Below, piece by piece: positions 11,118-20,905 of a DNA stretch of 64,000 bases. A program made the translations under genes and the position numbers. The DNA comes from Escherichia coli (GTDB lineage: Bacteria; Pseudomonadota; Gammaproteobacteria; Enterobacterales; Enterobacteriaceae), in NCBI RefSeq assembly GCF_044324785.1, contig NZ_CP172127.1; one strand, 5' to 3'. The notes under the pieces are model-generated. The model had not been told where the DNA came from. It did no database searches and saw nothing but the letters and a program-made list of their open reading frames with translations. The first letter of the stretch is position 1; each line of letters starts with the position of its first letter.

Positions 11118-12053
11118 ATGTCGCAAAATCAAGAAATTAGTAAGAAAGAACAATACAACCTGAACAAATTACAAAAACGTCTGCGTCGTAACGTGGGCGA
11201 AGCCATTGCTGACTTCAATATGATTGAAGAAGGCGATCGCATCATGGTTTGCCTCTCCGGGGGTAAAGACAGCTATACCATGCTGGAGATTCTGCGCAAT
11301 TTGCAGCAAAGCGCGCCAATCAATTTTTCGCTGGTGGCTGTTAACCTCGATCAAAAGCAACCGGGCTTCCCGGAACACGTTCTGCCCGAGTATCTTGAAA
11401 AGCTGGGCGTTGAGTACAAGATTGTTGAAGAGAACACTTACGGTATCGTGAAAGAGAAAATTCCAGAGGGCAAAACCACTTGCTCACTGTGTTCTCGCCT
11501 GCGTCGCGGTATCCTTTATCGTACCGCAACGGAACTAGGGGCGACGAAGATCGCACTGGGTCACCATCGTGACGATATCCTGCAAACGCTGTTCTTAAAT
11601 ATGTTCTACGGTGGCAAGATGAAAGGTATGCCTCCGAAACTGATGAGCGATGATGGCAAACATATCGTGATTCGTCCGCTGGCCTACTGCCGCGAGAAAG
11701 ATATTCAGCGCTTTGCCGATGCAAAAGCGTTCCCGATTATTCCGTGCAACCTGTGCGGTTCACAGCCTAACCTGCAACGTCAGGTAATTGCTGACATGTT
11801 GCGTGACTGGGATAAACGTTATCCGGGGCGTATCGAGACGATGTTCAGCGCAATGCAGAATGTGGTGCCGTCGCATCTGTGCGATACCAACCTGTTCGAT
11901 TTCAAAGGCATTACCCACGGTTCTGAAGTGGTTAACGGGGGTGATCTGGCGTTTGATCGCGAAGAGATCCCACTACAACCGGCGGGCTGGCAGCCAGAAG
12001 AAGATGAAAATCAGTTGGATGAGTTACGACTGAATGTGGTTGAAGTGAAATAA
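11118..12053 (+). CDS. ttcA: tRNA 2-thiocytidine(32) synthetase TtcA, 311 aa, with a non-K-12 N-terminus
   Basis: SGGKDS PP-loop and CxxC motifs. The N-terminus [17 protein letters not shown] differs from what I remember of K-12 TtcA (MQENQQITKKEQY...), where Rac integration replaces the 5' end. Confidence 0.9.
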   Translation: MSQNQEISKKEQYNLNKLQKRLRRNVGEAIADFNMIEEGDRIMVCLSGGKDSYTMLEILRNLQQSAPINFSLVAVNLDQKQPGFPEHVLPEYLEKLGVEYKIVEENTYGIVKEKIPEGKTTCSLCSRLRRGILYRTATELGATKIALGHHRDDILQTLFLNMFYGGKMKGMPPKLMSDDGKHIVIRPLAYCREKDIQRFADAKAFPIIPCNLCGSQPNLQRQVIADMLRDWDKRYPGRIETMFSAMQNVVPSHLCDTNLFDFKGITHGSEVVNGGDLAFDREEIPLQPAGWQPEEDENQLDELRLNVVEVK

Positions 12054-12098
12054 CCAGGATAGCGCCCGATGCGCAAGCGTATCGGGCTACTCTTATGG

Positions 12099-12132
12099 AG
12101 GCCGGATAAGACGCGGCCAGCGTCGCGTCCGG
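12099..12132. repeat. REP (BIME) element in the ttcA-dbpA intergenic region
   Basis: GGCCGGATAAGACGCGGCCAGCGTCGCGTCCGGC is the canonical E. coli REP palindrome. Confidence 0.75.
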
Positions 12133-12181
12133 CAATCCCGGAGAAGATGTTTACTCTTGCACCCTGCGATTCAACATTTCA

Positions 12182-13555
12182 TTATTTTAATAACCGCACC
12201 CGGCACGTTTTTCCTTTAATCTTCCCGCCCTGCAACTGTTTCCATGCTTTATGAGCAACAGCCTGACGCACCGCGACATAGACATGCGCCGGATGCACGG
12301 CGATTTTGCCAATATCTGCGCCATCAAGCCCGATATCTCCTGTCAGCGCACCTAATACATCACCCGGGCGCATTTTGGCTTTTTTCCCGCCATCGATACA
12401 TAACGTTGCCATTTCGGCTTCCAGCGGCACAATGGAACTATTAACTGGCGGCGTTTGCCAGTTAAGTTTTATCTGCAACATGTCAGAAATGATATTGGCC
12501 CGCTGTGCTTCTTCCGGGGCACAGAAACTGATCGCCAGACCGCTATTTCCTGCACGCGCTGTGCGACCGATGCGATGTACATGAACTTCAGGATCCCACG
12601 CCAGCTCAAAGTTCACCACCAGCTCAAGCGATTTAATATCCAGACCTCGCGCAGCAACATCAGTCGCAACCAGTACACGGGCGCTACCGTTAGCAAAACG
12701 TACCAGGGTCTGATCGCGATCGCGTTGCTCCAGATCGCCGTGTAACGACAATGCACTTTGCCCTACTTCATTCAGCGCGTCGCAGACAGCCTGGCAATCT
12801 TTTTTGGTATTGCAAAACACCACACAAGAGGATGGCTGATGCAAGCTTAATAACCGTTGCAACAGAGGAATTTTGCCTTTACTGGATGTCTCATAAAATT
12901 GTTGTTCAATGGGTGGCAAAGCATCTGTTGAGTCAATTTCAATCGCCAAAGGATCGCGTTGCACTCGTCCGCTGATTGCGGCGATGGCTTCCGGCCAGGT
13001 TGCCGAAAACAGAAGCGTCTGTCGAGATGCAGGCGCAAAACGGATGACATCATCAATGGCATCGCTAAATCCCATATCCAGCATGCGGTCGGCCTCATCC
13101 ATCACCAAAGTATTCAGCGCATCCAGTGATACCGTGCCTTTTTGCAAGTGATCCAGCAAACGACCCGGCGTTGCCACGATAATATGCGGCGCATGTTGCA
13201 ACGAATCACGCTGCAAACCGAACGGTTGACCACCGCACAACGTCAAAATTTTGGTATTTGGCAGAAAACGCGCCAACCGACGCAATTCACCTGCCACCTG
13301 ATCCGCCAGTTCACGCGTAGGACACAGCACTAAAGCCTGGGTTTGAAATAGCGACGCATCAATTTGCTGTAACAAGCCGAGGCCAAAAGCCGCCGTTTTG
13401 CCGCTGCCGGTTTTCGCCTGCACGCGAACATCTTTTCCGGCAAGGATCGCCGGAAGCGCGGCGGCCTGCACCGGCGTCATGGTTAAATAACCCAACTCAT
13501 TAAGGTTCGTGAGTTGGGCGGGAGGCAAAACATTCAGGGTAGAAAAAGCGGTCAC
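12182..13555 (-). CDS. dbpA: ATP-dependent RNA helicase DbpA (23S rRNA-specific DEAD-box), 457 aa, GTG start
   Basis: DEAD-box motifs (AKTGSGKT, DEAD, SAT, HRIGRTAR) and a C-terminal RNA-binding domain. The codon at 13553-13555 is GTG. Confidence 0.9.
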   Translation of the reverse strand: MTAFSTLNVLPPAQLTNLNELGYLTMTPVQAAALPAILAGKDVRVQAKTGSGKTAAFGLGLLQQIDASLFQTQALVLCPTRELADQVAGELRRLARFLPNTKILTLCGGQPFGLQRDSLQHAPHIIVATPGRLLDHLQKGTVSLDALNTLVMDEADRMLDMGFSDAIDDVIRFAPASRQTLLFSATWPEAIAAISGRVQRDPLAIEIDSTDALPPIEQQFYETSSKGKIPLLQRLLSLHQPSSCVVFCNTKKDCQAVCDALNEVGQSALSLHGDLEQRDRDQTLVRFANGSARVLVATDVAARGLDIKSLELVVNFELAWDPEVHVHRIGRTARAGNSGLAISFCAPEEAQRANIISDMLQIKLNWQTPPVNSSIVPLEAEMATLCIDGGKKAKMRPGDVLGALTGDIGLDGADIGKIAVHPAHVYVAVRQAVAHKAWKQLQGGKIKGKTCRVRLLK

Positions 13556-13584
13556 AATCTATTCTCGTGGTCATCGACGCAAAG

Positions 13585-13758
13585 TTAGCAGGCGCGTATC
13601 CTCGCAGATCTACGCTCACGATGCGACAATTTAATCGGTTCTTCATCGGGTGGTGGGTCAGGCATGGGTTGCGGGCGAGGGATTGGATCGGGCACAGGAA
13701 CAGGATCGCCAGGAATCGGTTCAGGGACAGGAATTTGCAAATAAATAAGTGTCGTCAT
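13585..13758 (-). CDS. Candidate small proline-rich protein or leader peptide, 57 aa: MTTLIYLQIPVPEPIPGDPVPVPDPIPRPQPMPDPPPDEEPIKLSHRERRSARIRAC
   Basis: Hand-translated ORF not in the >=60-aa track. The sequence ccGGAGGGaaatATG gives a strong SD 4 nt upstream of the ATG. Its stop lies 27 nt upstream of the dbpA GTG start. Confidence 0.4.
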   Translation of the reverse strand: MTTLIYLQIPVPEPIPGDPVPVPDPIPRPQPMPDPPPDEEPIKLSHRERRSARIRAC

Positions 13759-13815
13759 ATTTCCCTCCGGTCATTGGGTGGACTCTTAAAGGGTAGACGC
13801 TGATAAATAACAGGC

Positions 13816-13844
13816 AAAAAAAAGCCGACTCATCAAAGTCGGCG
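13816..13844 (-). terminator. Intrinsic terminator downstream of zntB
   Basis: On the minus strand, GCCGACTTTGATGAGTCGGC is followed by TTTTTTTT. Confidence 0.75.
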
Positions 13845-14032
13845 TCGTACGAATCAATTGTGCTATGCAGTAATTCAAAAAAGGAAGTAAGACAATATGG
13901 AGCGCAACGCCCATCGCTTGACGTTGCATTCACCTGCAAGGGAGATATTGCCCTGAATGGGTAGAGAGTTTATTGACTTCGCTCAAACTTTGCGGCGTTT
14001 TTGTATACAGACAGCCGGAAAAATTGCTTTTG

Positions 14033-15037
<1,005 letters not shown>

Positions 15038-15270
15038 TTATTTTGTAGTCTAGCCTTCTGGCCCTGTTACGCAACATCTCATCACCCCATTACCCTGAAA
15101 TGATTAATAAAATTCTGTCTAAATTGAATACAAAAAGCAAAATGCTTTTCCATATACAAACCGTGTGAAGTGTTAAATAGCGTCTATCATTATCAGAATT
15201 ATCTGATCATATGACGTGGCTTTTTTGCGATCGGATAGCAACAAAAATTGATAAAAATAATGGGATCTCA

Positions 15271-16503
15271 ATGATTACGCACAACTTCAATACCCTGGAC
15301 TTACTCACCAGTCCTGTCTGGATCGTTTCGCCCTTTGAGGAACAGTTAATTTATGCCAATAGCGCGGCGCGACTGTTGATGCAAGACCTCACGTTTAGTC
15401 AGCTACGAACCGGTCCCTATTCCGTCTCCTCACAAAAAGAACTGCCAAAATACCTCTCCGATCTGCAAAACCAACACGATATTATCGAAATCCTCACCGT
15501 TCAGCGCAATGAAGAGGAAACAGCATTGAGCTGTCGGCTTGTTTTGCGAAAGCTGACAGAAGCAGAACCGGTGATTATTTTCGAAGGTATCGAAGCACCG
15601 GCAACGCTGGGTTTAAAAGCCAGTCGCTCGGCAAATTATCAGCGCAAAAAACAAGGTTTTTATGCGCGCTTTTTTCTGACTAACTCTGCACCAATGTTGT
15701 TGATTGACCCGTCACGAGATGGACAAATCGTCGATGCTAACCTCGCCGCGCTCAATTTCTATGGTTATAACCATGAAACGATGTGCCAGAAACATACCTG
15801 GGAAATAAATATGCTCGGGCGTCGCGTCATGCCTATCATGCATGAAATCTCGCATTTACCCGGTGGTCATAAGCCTTTGAATTTTATTCATAGGCTGGCG
15901 GATGGTTCGACTCGTCATGTGCAGACCTATGCCGGTCCGATTGAAATTTATGGCGACAAGCTCATGTTATGTATTGTGCATGATATTACTGAGCAAAAAC
16001 GGCTGGAGGAGCAGCTGGAACATGCTGCCCACCATGACGCGATGACAGGATTACTGAATCGGCGACAGTTTTATCACATTACCGAGCCAGGCCAAATGCA
16101 GCACCTCGCCATCGCCCAGGATTACAGCTTGTTGCTCATCGACACCGATCGTTTTAAACACATTAACGATCTCTATGGGCATTCTAAAGGTGATGAGGTG
16201 TTATGCGCCCTCGCCCGCACTCTCGAAAGTTGCGCTCGCAAAGGCGATTTGGTGTTTCGTTGGGGAGGCGAAGAGTTTGTCTTATTGCTACCAAGAACCC
16301 CACTGGATACCGCGCTTTCGCTGGCTGAAACTATCCGCGTAAGCGTGACAAAAGTGAGTATTTCGGGCTTACCACGCTTTACCGTCAGCATTGGTGTGGC
16401 GCATCACGAAGGAAATGAAAGCATCGATGAACTGTTTAAACGCGTTGATGATGCTTTGTATCGGGCGAAAAATGATGGACGCAACCGCGTGCTGGCGGCA
16501 TAA
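15271..16503 (+). CDS. dgcM: Diguanylate cyclase DgcM (PAS-PAS-GGDEF), about 410 aa
   Basis: GGEEF motif (RWGGEEFVLLL) with PAS regions. The start at MITHNF (15271) is preferred over the ORF-track 15211. Confidence 0.8.
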   Translation: MITHNFNTLDLLTSPVWIVSPFEEQLIYANSAARLLMQDLTFSQLRTGPYSVSSQKELPKYLSDLQNQHDIIEILTVQRNEEETALSCRLVLRKLTEAEPVIIFEGIEAPATLGLKASRSANYQRKKQGFYARFFLTNSAPMLLIDPSRDGQIVDANLAALNFYGYNHETMCQKHTWEINMLGRRVMPIMHEISHLPGGHKPLNFIHRLADGSTRHVQTYAGPIEIYGDKLMLCIVHDITEQKRLEEQLEHAAHHDAMTGLLNRRQFYHITEPGQMQHLAIAQDYSLLLIDTDRFKHINDLYGHSKGDEVLCALARTLESCARKGDLVFRWGGEEFVLLLPRTPLDTALSLAETIRVSVTKVSISGLPRFTVSIGVAHHEGNESIDELFKRVDDALYRAKNDGRNRVLAA

Positions 16504-16523
16504 GCCGCGGATGCGTCTCGAGA

Positions 16524-17087
16524 TCAACGACTGCGCTTAGCGTGGCGCTCCCAGTTTTCTTGCTTCGCCTGCGCCGTTTTACGTAGTGCGACGTAACACG
16601 CCCCGCTGCCGCCATGATGCGGTAGCGCGGTGCAATATGCCTGAACATCATCAAATTCGGTCAGCCAGCGCGCCACATAGCTGCGGACAATATTGGCATG
16701 CGATTTATCATCCCGCCCTTTACCATGAATAATCAGCACGTTACGCAAACCATCCGCCAGGGCTTGTTGAATAAAACTGAACACCATTTTGCGGCACTCT
16801 TCCACCGGCTGGCGCAAAAGATTCAGGCTCGCCTGTTGCGGATATTTACCACTGCGCAGCTTATCCAGCACCCCATGTTGCAACCCTTCCCGCCGAAACT
16901 CCAGCGGCTGACTTAGTGGGATGATGTCGAGAAATCCGGTGGTGAGGAAATTATCAAGCTGCAGCGTGTCGATACGCTGCGGCGCACGTTGGTTACGCGT
17001 TGGATGCCAGTGGACATCGGTAGCACGTTTCAGCGGCTGGACATCTTCCATGGCGTCAAGAAACAGCGATTTGTCGTCAAGGTTCAT
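16524..17087 (-). CDS. smrA: SmrA (Smr-domain DNA endonuclease, YdaL), 187 aa
   Basis: 187-aa ORF with a C-terminal Smr domain (LIIHGKGRDD...). Position next to dgcM matches K-12 ydaL. Confidence 0.8.
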   Translation of the reverse strand: MNLDDKSLFLDAMEDVQPLKRATDVHWHPTRNQRAPQRIDTLQLDNFLTTGFLDIIPLSQPLEFRREGLQHGVLDKLRSGKYPQQASLNLLRQPVEECRKMVFSFIQQALADGLRNVLIIHGKGRDDKSHANIVRSYVARWLTEFDDVQAYCTALPHHGGSGACYVALRKTAQAKQENWERHAKRSR

Positions 17088-17281
17088 GTAACCTCCTATG
17101 CACCTTCACACGTCGTGATTCAGACGGGTTAATTGTTCATACTTACTGCATCGTTCCCTTCACAGATTGAAACAATACTCTACTTCATACCTGTGAGTAT
17201 CTGCGCAGGCGGGGCATTTTATACTAGCCTGTTAGCAGTATCGAACAGTTTAGCCCGAGTTTAATTCAGCACAGGCTCCGA

Positions 17282-18796
17282 TCAGGATGATTTATTCATA
17301 GCAGGAACCAACAAAAATGCGATAAATAACAGACCACTGATTAGCAGAAAGGTATCCGAAAATGCCATAGTTTGCGCCTCCCTCAGCATCAATTGACTTA
17401 ATAATTTGGTTGAAGCCAGTATTTCCGATGTCTGGTCACTTCCACTGCGATTAAAAAACAAAGCACTTCTGGAAATGAAGTCATTCACCGTATGGGGAAC
17501 AGAAACCATTTTTTCACCCATTCTCGAAAAATGAAAATTAGTTCGATTATTGAGAATAGAGCCACACAGGGCAATACCAATCGCGCCCCCAAGATTACGT
17601 GTTAAATTAAATACACCAGAGGCTAACTTCAGCCGTTCTTTTGGAATTCCCCCCAGCGTTAATGTTACGATGGGGGCCATCGCAAACTGCTGCGAAATCC
17701 CTCTAATTGCCTGTGGAAACAGTAACTCCTGCCATCCCCATTCGTGGGTTATCGGGGTAAAAAGATACATTGAAAACACAAATCCACCCAGCCCCGCCAT
17801 CAACAGCCATCGCAGATTTATTTTTTTACTTAACCAGAAGTAAAAGGGAACAGAAAATAACTGGAAAATACCTGTTGTGCAAACGGCAAAACCTATCTCT
17901 TCGGCATTTAATCCGCGAACCTGCCCCAAAAACACAGGTATTAAATATACAGTAGAGAATATCCCAACCCCTCCAGAAAAAGAAAAAAAACATCCCAGCG
18001 TGAAATTTTTATCCTTAAAAGCATGAAGATCCATTATCGGATTGGATATTGTAAGTGTACGCACAGCAAATAAAATAAAACTCACCAATGCCAGAACTGA
18101 TGTCAGCAAAATAGTATTATCATCCAGCCATCCCCAGCGCGCTCCTTCTTCAACGGTATATTCCAGACATCCCAGTGTCATGGCCAACAGGATAATACTC
18201 GGATAATCAGCAACTTTCAGTAAAGAGAGATCAGGTTTATCAAAATTAACCAGAAAAGGAATACTCAAAACTAAATATATGCCAGGTAATATATTGATAT
18301 AAAATAGCCATCGCCAGTCGAGATTATCAGTGATCCAGCCCCCCAGAGTTGGCCCTAGCGTCGGTGACAGTGAGGCCAGCGCACTGACTACCGCAGCAGC
18401 CAACCCCAGCTCTTTACCCTGGTAATAAATAAACGCCGTCGTGAAAACTAAAGGGATCATGGATGCGCCAGCCGCTCCCTGTAAAGCACGAAACAAAATC
18501 ATGATCTGAATATTCCATGCAAGTCCACACGCGATACTCATTAAAGTAAATATTCCCGCGGATAGAGTAAAAAGCCAACGAGTGGAAAATACCCGTGACA
18601 GCCACCCAGAGAGCGGAATAACAATAATCTCAGCAATTAAATAGCTGGTCTGAAGCCAGGCCATTTCGTCTTTACCTGCGGACAGACCACCACCTATTTC
18701 ATTTAGGGATGACGATACAATTTGAATATCAAGCTGAGCAATAAATAATCCCATACACATACTGGCGAAAGCAATATGTTTACGCATAGACATCAT
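17282..18796 (-). CDS. DHA2-family MFS efflux permease (EmrB/QacA-like, 14 TMS), 504 aa; accessory relative to K-12
   Basis: 504-aa polytopic protein with MFS signature regions and an AT-rich reading frame. Translationally coupled to the upstream HlyD-family gene. Confidence 0.8.
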   Translation of the reverse strand: MMSMRKHIAFASMCMGLFIAQLDIQIVSSSLNEIGGGLSAGKDEMAWLQTSYLIAEIIVIPLSGWLSRVFSTRWLFTLSAGIFTLMSIACGLAWNIQIMILFRALQGAAGASMIPLVFTTAFIYYQGKELGLAAAVVSALASLSPTLGPTLGGWITDNLDWRWLFYINILPGIYLVLSIPFLVNFDKPDLSLLKVADYPSIILLAMTLGCLEYTVEEGARWGWLDDNTILLTSVLALVSFILFAVRTLTISNPIMDLHAFKDKNFTLGCFFSFSGGVGIFSTVYLIPVFLGQVRGLNAEEIGFAVCTTGIFQLFSVPFYFWLSKKINLRWLLMAGLGGFVFSMYLFTPITHEWGWQELLFPQAIRGISQQFAMAPIVTLTLGGIPKERLKLASGVFNLTRNLGGAIGIALCGSILNNRTNFHFSRMGEKMVSVPHTVNDFISRSALFFNRSGSDQTSEILASTKLLSQLMLREAQTMAFSDTFLLISGLLFIAFLLVPAMNKSS

Positions 18797-19824
18797 CTCT
18801 CATCAACACTGACGGTGACGGACAGTCCCGGGCGAAGAAGTTGCTTTAATTCCTTTGCGTCGTCAAATGCAATCCGTACCGGGACACGCTGAACAATTTT
18901 GGTGAAATTGCCAGTGGCATTTTCTATCGGAATCAAGCTGAAACTGGCTCCTGTCGCTGGGGAAAGGCTTTCAATGTGACCGTGAAACACTTCCCCTTTG
19001 AGAATATCAGCACGGATCTCAGCCTTCATTCCTGGCTTCATTCCCGCTATTTGGTTTTCTTTATAATTTGCATCAACCCACAACTCACTGACTGGTACTA
19101 GTGAAACTAACGATGTGCCGCCTTCCACCCAACTGCCTGTATGGGCGCTGCGGTTTGCGACAATGCCATCAATCGGCGCACGAACAAGGGTATATTCCAG
19201 ATCCAGTAGTGCCTGAGTCAAAGCGGCCTGAACTTCTTCGATACTTGCACGTACGTTTTCTTCCTGAGCAGATAAAACTGCCAGCCGTTGCTTCTCCACC
19301 ATGAAATCGTTCGCGGCTTTGCGCTCCTTTGCTGCGACCTGCTGGTAGTCAAACCTGGCGTTATCAATAATTTGTTGCGATATTGCCGCTGATTGTGCGA
19401 GTTTTTCATAACGTTCAGTATCTCGCAGGCGCTTTTGCTCCTCATGTTTTACTGCCTGCCATGTTTCACTGGCACTTTGAATTATCGACTGCTGCATCGC
19501 AATAGTGGCTTGAATGCTTTCGAGATTGGCTTTGCTACTTTTTATTTTTGCCTCAAGCCTGGCGACATTTGCACGATAATCCCGATCATCGAGACGCAGG
19601 ATAATATCGCCTTTTTTTACGCTCTGATTATCGCGCACCTCTATAGCAGAAATATAACCAGAAACTTTACTTGCCACCGTGGTGATATTACCACCAATGT
19701 AAGCATCATCCGTCGTCTGTATAAATCTTCCTTTGCTTACCCACCAGATAAAAAAGACAACGCCAGCCAAAATAATACCGATCGCTACCACCCCAATAAG
19801 CTGTTTTTTAGAAATTATCATCAC
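18793..19824 (-). CDS. HlyD-family membrane fusion/periplasmic adaptor protein (EmrA-like), 343 aa
   Basis: N-terminal TM anchor, long coiled-coil and a C-terminal beta-barrel. Its stop overlaps the MFS start. Confidence 0.8.
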   Translation of the reverse strand: MMIISKKQLIGVVAIGIILAGVVFFIWWVSKGRFIQTTDDAYIGGNITTVASKVSGYISAIEVRDNQSVKKGDIILRLDDRDYRANVARLEAKIKSSKANLESIQATIAMQQSIIQSASETWQAVKHEEQKRLRDTERYEKLAQSAAISQQIIDNARFDYQQVAAKERKAANDFMVEKQRLAVLSAQEENVRASIEEVQAALTQALLDLEYTLVRAPIDGIVANRSAHTGSWVEGGTSLVSLVPVSELWVDANYKENQIAGMKPGMKAEIRADILKGEVFHGHIESLSPATGASFSLIPIENATGNFTKIVQRVPVRIAFDDAKELKQLLRPGLSVTVSVDER

Positions 19825-19917
19825 TCTTTACACCGTATATATCCGGAAACTTGCATTCGTCATATTTAAAATTTAACATGGCTTATTTGATGATTTCTGA
19901 CAAAATACCTACTGTAA

Positions 19918-20733
19918 ATGACAATCACACTGCAACCCAAAGCATCACCAGGGCATCACATTATCGGACTGGATTCGGAACATCTGAATGGAGGCACAGT
20001 TCCCTGGCATAAACATCTCTATGCCCAGTTGCTTTACCCGGCTGAAGGAGTCGTTCGTGTATGGGCTGGAGAAAGCGTCTGGCTAGTCCATGCCAGCAGC
20101 GCGCTTTGGCTGCCCCCACAAATGCCGCATAAGTTTGTTGCGACAGGCAACGTACTTTTAAAAACCGTACTGGTTTCAGAAGCGGAAAGTGAAACGCTGG
20201 GAAAAGTTTGCTTCATGACGGGTATTTCACCCCTGTTAAGAGAATTACTAATTGCAATTAACCAACTTCCACCGTCGCAAAGTACCACAGATAAACAACA
20301 GTTACGTTTTTCAGCCCTCGAGACACTGATACTTCAGGAAATAAAAATGGGGGTGAAAATGTCACTTGAACTCCCTTGGCCAAATGATGAGCGGCTACAG
20401 CAGCTTTGTGAGAATTTGCTAAACAACCAAGGGTATCTACCAACACTGGATAATCTAGCGGATAAAATTAACGTCAGTAGCCGTACACTCATGCGCTTAT
20501 TTGTTAAAGAGACGGGATTAACATTTCGCCACTGGGTTCAGCAAATGCACGTTATTTCTGCAGTGACGCTTCTTGATGATGGATATTCGTTGACCAAAAT
20601 TGCCCATCGTCTGGGCTATGCCTCAGCTGAATCGTTCGGCAATATGTTTAAGCGTCGAACGGGCTACTCGCCCGGTAAATTTACTCGTCGATTAACGATG
20701 CATGATTATGCAATCACAAGACAAATGATTTAA
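19918..20733 (+). CDS. AraC/XylS-family transcriptional regulator with N-terminal cupin-like domain, 271 aa
   Basis: C-terminal double HTH (RTLMRLF... / YSLTKIAHRLGYASAESFGNMFKRRTGYSPGKF). Divergent from the efflux operon. Confidence 0.8.
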   Translation: MTITLQPKASPGHHIIGLDSEHLNGGTVPWHKHLYAQLLYPAEGVVRVWAGESVWLVHASSALWLPPQMPHKFVATGNVLLKTVLVSEAESETLGKVCFMTGISPLLRELLIAINQLPPSQSTTDKQQLRFSALETLILQEIKMGVKMSLELPWPNDERLQQLCENLLNNQGYLPTLDNLADKINVSSRTLMRLFVKETGLTFRHWVQQMHVISAVTLLDDGYSLTKIAHRLGYASAESFGNMFKRRTGYSPGKFTRRLTMHDYAITRQMI

Positions 20734-20803
20734 CTTATATTTTCGTGAAATCTGTCACTGAAGAAAATTGGCAACGGATGGGTAAAACCGTTATAACACT
20801 GTC

Positions 20804-20899
20804 ACCGGTCACCAGGACCCCAGGCCGGATTTAAGACGAGGATGCACTGCTGTGTGTACTGTAGAGTCTGGCGGATGTCGACAGACTCTATTTTTTTAT
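20804..20899 (+). ncRNA. mcaS: McaS (IsrA) sRNA, variant 5' stem-loop
   Basis: The 3' two-thirds (...GGATTTAAGACGAGGATGCACTGCTGTGTGTACTGTAGAGTCTGGCGGATGTCGACAGACTCTATTTTTTTAT) matches K-12 McaS as I remember it. The 5' part differs (ACCGGTCACCAGGACCCCAGGCCGG). It ends at its terminator, adjacent to the abgR stop, as in K-12. Confidence 0.8.
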
Positions 20900-20905
20900 G
20901 CAGTT

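Noticed and set aside
13567-13803. 78-aa plus-strand ORF between dbpA and zntB
   Set aside because: It is the antisense frame of the proline-rich small ORF (GC-rich Pro codons give an open Arg/Gly-rich reverse frame) and has no SD. The minus-strand ORF with GGAGGG is preferred.
17550-17955. Two plus-strand ORFs (97 and 61 aa) inside the MFS transporter gene
   Set aside because: They are antisense to a clearly coding 14-TMS transporter frame, and AT-rich DNA yields long random ORFs.
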